Source of the DNA: an uncultured Lachnospiraceae bacterium
GTDB lineage: Bacteria > Bacillota > Clostridia > Lachnospirales > Lachnospiraceae
Direction of reading: 5' to 3'
Assembly: GCA_947591245.1 (NCBI GenBank)
Contig: CANQCY010000002.1
Location: forward strand, 36,911-100,910
DNA length: 64,000 nucleotides
Position numbers and translations under genes: made by a program. How positions within the stretch are numbered: the stretch's first letter is position 1; the number at the start of each line of letters is the position of its first letter. The notes beneath the pieces were generated by a model. It searched no databases. It saw nothing but the letters and a program-made list of their open reading frames with translations, and was not told the origin of the DNA. Shown here piece by piece: positions 19,461 to 27,082 of the stretch.

Positions 19461-19943
19461 TCAGCGGATCTCAGACACCTCGTCCACATACGCCCGGATC
19501 TGATCCGGCAGGACATTTCCCGTAAGGATCAGCTTTTTATAATCTCCCTGAATACGGAGCAAGTCCTCCACATCATCCGCTGTCAGAATATCAAGATCAA
19601 TCAGCCCCAGCACTTCATCCAGTATGATAACGTCATACTCGCCGGTTTCAATCACCTTTTTGGAAAAGTTAAATCCATTCAAAAGATTATGTTTTTCCTC
19701 TTCTTTCGCCTCATCAGATAATTCACAATAACTGCTTTCGCTTTTGTCGAAACGGAATATTTTCACATCCGGCTCCAGCTTTTCCAAAACCTCAAATTCG
19801 TTTGCAACCTTGCCCTTTAGAAACTGTATCATCGTAAAGCGCTGTCCGTCCTGAAGCTCCCGCAGAGCCTGGCCGACCGCCGCTGATGTCTTGCCTTTCC
19901 CATCTCCGTAAAAGACCTGAATAGTTCCTGTATCCATCGTCAT
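19461..19943 (-). CDS. Cob(I)alamin adenosyltransferase-like protein (CobO/BtuR family), C-terminally short
   Basis: IQVFYGDGKGKTSAA P-loop, IQFLKG, IILDEV and LILTG motifs. Confidence 0.8.
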   Translation of the reverse strand: MTMDTGTIQVFYGDGKGKTSAAVGQALRELQDGQRFTMIQFLKGKVANEFEVLEKLEPDVKIFRFDKSESSYCELSDEAKEEEKHNLLNGFNFSKKVIETGEYDVIILDEVLGLIDLDILTADDVEDLLRIQGDYKKLILTGNVLPDQIRAYVDEVSEIR

Positions 19944-19958
19944 AAGCACCTCTTTCCC

Positions 19959-20101
19959 AAAACCGTTCCCGGCAGCTTGACGGCTGATCCCGAACAGTTT
20001 TTTCGTTTCTGCCCACAGTGATTATCATGATGCCGGGGAGTTGTGAAACAACGAAGCAATCCGTAGCATCTGTTGGGGCAAAATACTTTTTGACCCTAAC
20101 A
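19959..20101 (-). promoter_or_regulatory. Structured 5' leader with three hairpins and an alternative pairing, unclassified
   Basis: Stems at 20071-20101, 20029-20070 and 19959-20001; CCCGGCA (20031-20037) can pair with TGCCGGG (19968-19974). Confidence 0.4.
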
Positions 20102-20162
20102 TCATTATCATACCTGCAGTATCACCAATAAACATAATCTACCACAAAAAAGCCCGTATGGC

Positions 20163-20194
20163 AAGAGGAAAGTTCCTTGCGAAACTTTCCCCTT
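20163..20194 (-). terminator. Hairpin downstream of ssb/priB, probable terminator
   Basis: AAGGGGAAAGTTTC-GCAA-GGAACTTTCCTCTT, 14-bp stem with a GNRA loop; weak U tail. Confidence 0.65.
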
Positions 20195-20206
20195 AAAAAA
20201 ATCTCT

Positions 20207-20893
20207 TTACTCCTGTTCCGGTTCGTCAATATGTTCCTCCGACGCTGCTACAATCGCCGACATCTCGTCAATATGTTCTAATTTGCTAACAGATATTTCA
20301 TATGCCACCCTCGTCTCGAAAGTTTCCTCATCCAGCTTTTTCTGGTACTCCCTGCTCTGGATCCTGCCCCAGATCTGAATGTGTTCACCTACTTGGAACC
20401 CCTCGGCAAATCTCGCATTCCTCCCCCAGCAGATGCATGGAATATAGTCCGATTTGCCGTAAGGACGGTTTACAGCAAGCAGAAGATCCGCGATCTCCCG
20501 TCCAAGCGGTGTTTTTCTATATACAGGCGTTTTGCAGATATAACCGTCCAAAAATATATGATTTGGTTTTTCACTTCCGATTTCCACCTCGTCCACTCTC
20601 AAATCCCGCACAAAAACAGAAAGAATCAGACGGTTTCTATTTTCCTCATGACGATTGTAGGAACGGAACTGGCCGCTCGCCTCAAAAAATTTGCCGCGAT
20701 ATTGCTTTGACACATCCACAAGCCGCTCCGAAACCATGAGCGGAATCGTATCAAACACATTACTGAGCCTTCTCACGGAAAGATAGACCATATAAAATCC
20801 TTCTCCGTATACCTCGTGACTGAAGGTGAATTCGCTCATCACCTCTCCGTACACATTTACCTGATTGTTTCCTAATACCTTATCTGTCATCAT
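20207..20893 (-). CDS. ssb: Single-stranded DNA-binding protein with two OB folds (clostridial PriB-like/SSB)
   Basis: Two OB repeats: NNQVNVYG...FSHEVYGEGFY...RRLS...GQFRSYN and NHIFLDG...RKTPLGREI...AVNR...SDYIPCICWG...GRIQSR; acidic tail. Confidence 0.85.
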   Translation of the reverse strand: MMTDKVLGNNQVNVYGEVMSEFTFSHEVYGEGFYMVYLSVRRLSNVFDTIPLMVSERLVDVSKQYRGKFFEASGQFRSYNRHEENRNRLILSVFVRDLRVDEVEIGSEKPNHIFLDGYICKTPVYRKTPLGREIADLLLAVNRPYGKSDYIPCICWGRNARFAEGFQVGEHIQIWGRIQSREYQKKLDEETFETRVAYEISVSKLEHIDEMSAIVAASEEHIDEPEQE

Positions 20894-21000
20894 ATGACCC
20901 CCTTTGTTTATTTTTCCACAGAAACGTCCTGCGGATTTTTTTGTCGTTACCTTAATAATCATATGCGCAAACATCCGATTTTAGAACAAAAATAATAGAT

Positions 21001-21029
21001 TTGCCTAAAAAAATTTTATGTGCTACAAT
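21001..21029 (+). promoter_or_regulatory. Sigma-A promoter for typA
   Basis: TTGCCT-17 bp-TACAAT with extended TG; followed by a leader hairpin GATGCTGGG...CCCAGCATC (21056-21088). Confidence 0.7.
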
Positions 21030-21134
21030 ATGTAAGGCAGTAAATTGTATAATTCGATGCTGGGTCAAAAACATATTCCCCCAGCATCTTAATTCTTACT
21101 CATAATAATAACACAGGAAAGGATGTTTTTGCAA

Positions 21135-22967
21135 ATGTTTACGAAAAGAAATGACATAAGAAATATTGCGATTATCGCACATGTTGATCACGGTAAAACC
21201 ACGCTCGTGGATGAACTTCTGAAACAGAGCGGGGTTTTTCGAAAAAATCAGGAGATTGCGGAGCGCGTAATGGACTCAAATGACATTGAACGTGAACGGG
21301 GAATTACGATTCTTTCCAAAAACACAGCCATCCATTATAACGATATTAAAATTAATATTATAGATACGCCGGGACACGCTGATTTCGGCGGCGAGGTAGA
21401 GCGGGTGCTCAAAATGGTAAACGGCGTCATTCTCGTCGTGGACGCATTTGAAGGAGCCATGCCTCAGACGAAATTCGTGCTGCGAAAAGCGCTGGATCTG
21501 TCGCTGCCCGTCGTCGTCTGCATCAATAAGATTGACCGGCCGGAGGCGCGTCCCGAAGAGGTCGTAGACGAAATCCTTGAACTGTTTATCGACCTGGATG
21601 CCGACGAGGCCCAGCTGGACTGCCCGTTTATTTTCACTTCCGCAAAGGAGGGAACTGCGGTGGCGTCGTTGGATCAGACCGGAACGGATATGAAGCCCCT
21701 GTTTGATGCGATCGTCAATTATATTCCTGCTCCGGAGGGGGATCCGGATGCGGACACGCAAGTACTGATCAGCACGATCGACTACAATGAATATGTGGGA
21801 AGGATCGGCGTAGGCAAGGTAGATAACGGTTCGTTAAAGGCCAATCAGGAGGTTGTCATTGTAAATGCCCATAATCCTGACACATATAATAAAGTAAAGA
21901 TAAGCAAACTGTATGAATTTGACGGTCTGAACCGTGTCGAGACGGATGAGGCGGGAATCGGCTCGATCGTGGCCATTTCCGGCATTACCGATATTCACAT
22001 CGGCGATACGATCTGCTCGCCGGAACACCCGAATCCCATTCCATTTCAACGCATCTCCGAGCCTACGATCTCAATGGACTTTATCGTAAACGACAGCCCT
22101 CTCGCCGGACAGGAGGGAAAATATGTGACTTCAAGGCATCTCCGCGACCGGCTGTACCGCATGTTAAATACGGACGTCAGTCTGCGCGTCGAGGACACCG
22201 AAACGACGGAAATCTACAAAGTATCCGGACGCGGCGAGCTGCATCTCTCTGTCCTGATCGAAAATATGCGCCGCGAGGGATACGAATTTGCTGTGAGTAA
22301 ACCGGAAGTGTTATACAAGACGGATGAGAACGGCAAAAAGCTGGAGCCGATGGAACGCGCTTATGTCGATGTGCCGGACGAGTTTACGGGCGCCGTCATT
22401 GACAAACTAAGCCAGCGCAAGGGCGAGCTTCAAGGGATGAATCCGCATGGCGCAGGTACGACGCGCCTTGAATTTCTTATTCCGTCGCGCGGACTGATCG
22501 GATACCGCGGCGAATTTATGACTGATACAAAAGGCAACGGCGTCATAAACACCGAATTTTACGGCTACGGTCCCTACAAGGGCGATATCGCCTACCGGAA
22601 ACAAGGCTCTTTGATCGCTTATGAATCGGGAGAAGCGATCACTTACGGCCTCTTCAATGCACAGGAACGCGGCACGCTTTTCGTCGGCCCCGGCGAAAAA
22701 GTGTACGGCGGTATGGTAGTCGGTCAAAACGGAAAAACTGATGATATCGAGGTCAATGTATGCAAGAAAAAACAGCTCACTAATACAAGGGCGTCCGGAT
22801 CCGACGATGCGCTCCGCCTCTCGCCGAAAAGAGAACTCAGTTTGGAGGAAGCCATCGAATTCATCGACACGGACGAACTGTTGGAAATCACGCCTGAAAA
22901 TCTTCGTATTCGCAAAAAGATTCTGGATGGAACCGAACGGTACCGCGCAAAGAGAAATCAAAAATAA
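21135..22967 (+). CDS. typA: Translational GTPase TypA/BipA
   Basis: [44 protein letters not shown] and the C-terminal [13 protein letters not shown] motif. Confidence 0.97.
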   Translation: MFTKRNDIRNIAIIAHVDHGKTTLVDELLKQSGVFRKNQEIAERVMDSNDIERERGITILSKNTAIHYNDIKINIIDTPGHADFGGEVERVLKMVNGVILVVDAFEGAMPQTKFVLRKALDLSLPVVVCINKIDRPEARPEEVVDEILELFIDLDADEAQLDCPFIFTSAKEGTAVASLDQTGTDMKPLFDAIVNYIPAPEGDPDADTQVLISTIDYNEYVGRIGVGKVDNGSLKANQEVVIVNAHNPDTYNKVKISKLYEFDGLNRVETDEAGIGSIVAISGITDIHIGDTICSPEHPNPIPFQRISEPTISMDFIVNDSPLAGQEGKYVTSRHLRDRLYRMLNTDVSLRVEDTETTEIYKVSGRGELHLSVLIENMRREGYEFAVSKPEVLYKTDENGKKLEPMERAYVDVPDEFTGAVIDKLSQRKGELQGMNPHGAGTTRLEFLIPSRGLIGYRGEFMTDTKGNGVINTEFYGYGPYKGDIAYRKQGSLIAYESGEAITYGLFNAQERGTLFVGPGEKVYGGMVVGQNGKTDDIEVNVCKKKQLTNTRASGSDDALRLSPKRELSLEEAIEFIDTDELLEITPENLRIRKKILDGTERYRAKRNQK

Positions 22968-22989
22968 TCAGCGTGAATGGAGGAAAATC

Positions 22990-23916
22990 ATGAATTTAAA
23001 GCCAATCAATCCATTTGTACAGGTTATCTTTCAAAAATACGAGTCCCTGAGGCCCTGCTTTATGAGCGAGGGGCATTTCCTCAATCAATTCTTATGGGAA
23101 AACTATTATAATACTAAGTTTGCCACAGACGACATCGCCCTCTACCTGTTTTTTGAGCGAAACGGAAAAAAGGGAGCTTTTTGCCCGCTCTGCTCCGTCG
23201 ATCATCTCCCGATAGCATTTGAGCGCATGAAACAGCAGTTTCACGACGTCTGGAACACGAAAATGAACGTATATCTCATCGACACGCTCACAAAGGATAT
23301 CTGGCAAAGCGCCGGTCTTCTCTCCGGTTTTACGGTAAAAGATGACCGGGACAGCGCAGACTATATATACGAAGCGGAGAAGCTGAAAACTCTAAGCGGA
23401 CGCGCCCTGCACAAGAAGAAAAACCTCGTAAACGCATTTATGCGAGAATACGAGGGCCAGTACCGCTATGAAACGCTCAGCTGCAGAAATATCGAAGAAG
23501 TAAAAGAATTTCATGAAAAATGGCTGGATGAGCGCCGGATCGACGACAAATACAACTGCATCGACAGCGAAGAGGAAGGCGTTTACCGGCTGCTCGGCAA
23601 CTGCAAAAGCGTGGATTGCCGTATGGGCGGCATCCGCATGAACGGGGAGCTTGCCGCTTACACCATCGGAAGCTTCTGCGAATCCATTTCGTGTGCGTTC
23701 ATCCATGTTGAAAAAGCCAAAAGCGACGTCAAGGGCTTATACAATTATATCAATCAGCAGTTTTTAATCCACGAATTTCCAAATGCCCGTTACGTCAACA
23801 GGGAAGACGACCTCGGACAGGAAAATCTGCGGCAGGCAAAACTATCCTACAAACCGATTCGGCTGGAAGAAAAATTTTATATCACAGAAAACCGCATGCC
23901 CCGCCGGACAGGATAA
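22990..23916 (+). CDS. DUF2156 (aminoacyl-phosphatidylglycerol synthase C-terminal-like, GNAT-fold) protein
   Basis: DRDSADYIY, LSGRALHKKKN, IHVEKA and YVNREDDLG...LRQAKLSYKP motifs; RBS AATGGAGG before ATG 22990. Confidence 0.85.
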   Translation: MNLKPINPFVQVIFQKYESLRPCFMSEGHFLNQFLWENYYNTKFATDDIALYLFFERNGKKGAFCPLCSVDHLPIAFERMKQQFHDVWNTKMNVYLIDTLTKDIWQSAGLLSGFTVKDDRDSADYIYEAEKLKTLSGRALHKKKNLVNAFMREYEGQYRYETLSCRNIEEVKEFHEKWLDERRIDDKYNCIDSEEEGVYRLLGNCKSVDCRMGGIRMNGELAAYTIGSFCESISCAFIHVEKAKSDVKGLYNYINQQFLIHEFPNARYVNREDDLGQENLRQAKLSYKPIRLEEKFYITENRMPRRTG

Positions 23917-23922
23917 GTCCTG

Positions 23923-25545
23923 TCACCGTTTCCCTTTCTTTTTTGAATCCTTCTTCTTGCCGGCTGGCTTTCCGGCCGGCTTTCCGGCTGGCTTTCCGCC
24001 TTGTCCCCGTTTTCCGTTTCCTTTCTTCCCAGCCGGTTTTTTTTCGTTCTGCGATCTGCGATCCGTCCGTACGGCCGATCTAAACGCCTCCCCCGCACGG
24101 CCCGCCGCAAACGCGGCAGACACGATAAACATCGGCACATAATTTGTAAAATACCTTCCGCTCGTCTCCCACAAAATCAGAAAACACAGTATCCCCAGAC
24201 ATGCGAGCCGCGGCGTCAGGCAGGCGCTATCCGGCGAAAGCTTCCGGCGGAATACGCATACTGCCGCCCCCGCCGCCGTAAACAGATACAAAACAAGCAG
24301 AAAACCCGTGCCGAGATACCGGTAATCCTCATATTTTTCTCCATCATACAGCACATACTGATGCAAGCTCGTATCATTCTCCGGACTGTCGTCCAGAAAA
24401 TCTGACAAGGCATATGTGCCGTCGCCAAAACAAACCAGCGCCTTATCCGAAAAAAGTTTCATCATGCCGGAAAATCCGCGCTCTTCCACTCTCTCCCAGA
24501 TTCGGGCAAGACAGCCCTCATTCCGCTCCTCCGGCGAAAAAGAGCGGGTGTAGTCGTAATCTTCCGGATTATATCCGCCGGTTCCCTGCATCCCCATCAT
24601 AACCCAGTGGAGATACGGCGTATTCAACTGGCGGCATTCCTCCCGATCCAGATGATTTTCATACATGTACCCATTGAGAATCGCAAATGCAACAATTCCG
24701 AACAGAATGGAAATCGAAGTAAACAAAACCGTATCTCTCCAGTTGCATGACAGCAGGGAATCTATGGCAACCGCAACAAGAACGATCGCAACCGTAAACT
24801 TGATCAGCATGCCAATCGTCAGCACGACAGCCATCAATAAAGCAAACCGTATTTTCTTCTCCCTTTTCTCCTGTTCCTTAAACCGCAGATACAGATAATA
24901 AAACAAAACCGGAAACAAAAGCGAGAGGGAATCCGTATAAAATGCCGCTCCCATAAAATAAAACGGCACGCTGATCAGAAAGAAGACCAGCGCCAGAACG
25001 CCTGACACGCTGTCACGCAGCTTGCGGCAGGTCAGCGATACCGTGAACACCGTCGCAGCAATGAGCAGGCAGTTGACCGCGATCCCCACGGCAAAAAAAT
25101 CGCTGGCGCCCAAAACCGACGCCATGCTGAAAATCAGATGCAAAAATGCCATTGCGCCCAGATTATTGGGGAAATAGCCAAAATATTCATAATACGAGGC
25201 AAACGAACCCTCCTTGAGCCATTCTATAGCGCCGCCATAGATGGCGTCCATATCATGAACGGGGATAAAACGGAGGGTAAAACCAAGATATAGCAAAATT
25301 CCTCCGTAAATTATAAGAAAACAAAAAAGTATCGGATAATAATACCTCTCAATTACGTCCTCTATTTTCTTCAGAAGCACATAGGAAACAACGATTGCCG
25401 CACAGCCGAGCAGCAGCCATGGAAACAAGCGGGCAGCCTTATACTCATGAATTGTATCGGAAAACAGTATTCTGAAAAAAAGCAATCCAAAAACAAGCAT
25501 AATAATTGCGTACAGCCCTCGGTATAAAATATTTTTGACTTTCAT
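23923..25545 (-). CDS. Polytopic membrane GT-C-type glycosyltransferase (PMT-like)
   Basis: Many TM helices; YFGYFPNN, FYTD, HWVMMG and WETSGRY motifs; downstream of a flippase and YfhO. Confidence 0.65.
   Translation of the reverse strand: MKVKNILYRGLYAIIMLVFGLLFFRILFSDTIHEYKAARLFPWLLLGCAAIVVSYVLLKKIEDVIERYYYPILFCFLIIYGGILLYLGFTLRFIPVHDMDAIYGGAIEWLKEGSFASYYEYFGYFPNNLGAMAFLHLIFSMASVLGASDFFAVGIAVNCLLIAATVFTVSLTCRKLRDSVSGVLALVFFLISVPFYFMGAAFYTDSLSLLFPVLFYYLYLRFKEQEKREKKIRFALLMAVVLTIGMLIKFTVAIVLVAVAIDSLLSCNWRDTVLFTSISILFGIVAFAILNGYMYENHLDREECRQLNTPYLHWVMMGMQGTGGYNPEDYDYTRSFSPEERNEGCLARIWERVEERGFSGMMKLFSDKALVCFGDGTYALSDFLDDSPENDTSLHQYVLYDGEKYEDYRYLGTGFLLVLYLFTAAGAAVCVFRRKLSPDSACLTPRLACLGILCFLILWETSGRYFTNYVPMFIVSAAFAAGRAGEAFRSAVRTDRRSQNEKKPAGKKGNGKRGQGGKPAGKPAGKPAGKKKDSKKKGKR
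23960..23998. repeat. 12-bp tandem repeat x3 encoding GKPA repeats in a basic C-terminal tail
   Basis: CCGGCTGGCTTT CCGGCCGGCTTT CCGGCTGGCTTT CCG. Confidence 0.85.
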
Positions 25546-25579
25546 AAGTACCTCCTCATTCTGATCTTATCAATATTAC

Positions 25580-27040
25580 CTATTTCTTCCTGTGAAACGA
25601 GCGCATAAATGATTTTGCCACACCCATGAGATACGCAAACTGGCTCACCCGCAGAATGCGCGAAAGAAACACATATACCGCGATTCCGGCGACAACCTGA
25701 AATGCGATTCCGGCGATCGGCGGCAGCGGCGCCTTCCCGGCGAAATAGACGCAAACCGCCATCGCCGCGGAAAGGAGAACCGACGGATATAAATCCGCTG
25801 CCTGCTCCCGATATGTATAACCGAGATATTTACGGTTTGGCGTGGAATTGACGATCGCGGCAAAGAGGGTTACAATCATCGCCGTCACAGCGATTGCCAT
25901 CACGCCCCGGTACATAACCGCGACAACCATAACGACTCCGAACGATTTCTTCACAATCTCCATGATCAAAAATGTACGCCCTTTCCCCATCGCCTTGACC
26001 GCCTGCACATTTGCCGTCTGGACAGGCTCTAACGCATACTGGATGCAGGCGATCTGCATAAACGGGACGCATGGAAGCCATTTTTCCGTAAACACAAGAC
26101 GGACGACGGATTCGGATAACACCATAAGTCCCGCCATAAGCGGCCACATAATATAGGAACCGACTCGTATGGACGTCCTGACGATCTCCTTCAATTTCCC
26201 GATATCATCCTGTTTGAGCGTCATGGCCGGAAATAAAACCGAGGTGATGGATGAATTGATATTGGTCACAAGAATGCCCGGCAGCTTTCCGCCCTGATTA
26301 TAAAATGCCAAATCCTTTTCCGTATATACCTTCCCGATGATCAGACTCCGGATTTGGGAATACGACGTGTGGATGAGCTCTGAACAGAGCATCTTCCAGC
26401 CGAAGCGAAACAATATTCCCATCCGCACGCCGGAAAACGCCTTCACCGGACGCCACCTGACTGTAAACCACAGCACGACGGTATCCACTGTAGAATTAAA
26501 CAAATACTGCGCCACAAGCGCCCACGGCCCGAAGCCCATATATGCCATCGCAATGCCTACGGCTGCAGAGCCCGCCGTTCCGATCAGCGTAGAAAAGAAA
26601 AAACGCTTAAACATCATATGTTTCTGTACATACGCATGCTGTACGGAATTGATTCCGGCAAGCGGCAGCTTCAGCGCCATAACGCGAAGCACCGGCGTCA
26701 GTATTTCCTGCCCGTAAAATCCGGCAACGGCCGGGGCGCATACAAAAACAACCGCATATAAAAACCACGACATGGCGATGCTGAAATAAAATACCGAAGA
26801 GAAATCGATCTCGTCCGCATCCTTTTTCTGTACGAGCGCCGATCCGAATCCGCTGGAGACAAACACATTCGCAATATCAATGAAAATAGTGATCAGCGCG
26901 ACAACGCCATAATCCGACGGCAAAAGCAGTCTCGCCAATATGACTGACACCAAAAACGAGACCGCCTGCGCGCCAATTCTCTCACCAAATTTCCAGAACA
27001 GGCCGGAAAAGACCTTTTTCTGCAATCCGCCTTCACTCAT
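25580..27040 (-). CDS. Polysaccharide flippase (Wzx/WzxC-like, MOP family)
   Basis: ILARLLLPSDYG, ALVQK, GFGPWALV and VLFP motifs; many TM segments. Confidence 0.85.
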   Translation of the reverse strand: MSEGGLQKKVFSGLFWKFGERIGAQAVSFLVSVILARLLLPSDYGVVALITIFIDIANVFVSSGFGSALVQKKDADEIDFSSVFYFSIAMSWFLYAVVFVCAPAVAGFYGQEILTPVLRVMALKLPLAGINSVQHAYVQKHMMFKRFFFSTLIGTAGSAAVGIAMAYMGFGPWALVAQYLFNSTVDTVVLWFTVRWRPVKAFSGVRMGILFRFGWKMLCSELIHTSYSQIRSLIIGKVYTEKDLAFYNQGGKLPGILVTNINSSITSVLFPAMTLKQDDIGKLKEIVRTSIRVGSYIMWPLMAGLMVLSESVVRLVFTEKWLPCVPFMQIACIQYALEPVQTANVQAVKAMGKGRTFLIMEIVKKSFGVVMVVAVMYRGVMAIAVTAMIVTLFAAIVNSTPNRKYLGYTYREQAADLYPSVLLSAAMAVCVYFAGKAPLPPIAGIAFQVVAGIAVYVFLSRILRVSQFAYLMGVAKSFMRSFHRKK

Positions 27041-27082
27041 TTCTGCCTCCATTCATAACTTCAATTTAGCCAAACCGGCACG

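Noticed and set aside
19455-19463. Selenocysteine readthrough at the triple TGA
   Set aside because: No evident SECIS hairpin, and the downstream frame does not restore the CobO C-terminal motif.
19959-20112. Cobalamin riboswitch upstream of the CobO-like gene
   Set aside because: Lacks the AGGGAA-GGTG-AA-TCC and B12-box consensus; kept only as an unclassified structured leader.
22741-22989. N-terminal extension of the DUF2156 ORF overlapping typA
   Set aside because: A strong RBS precedes ATG 22990; I saw no convincing frameshift signal.
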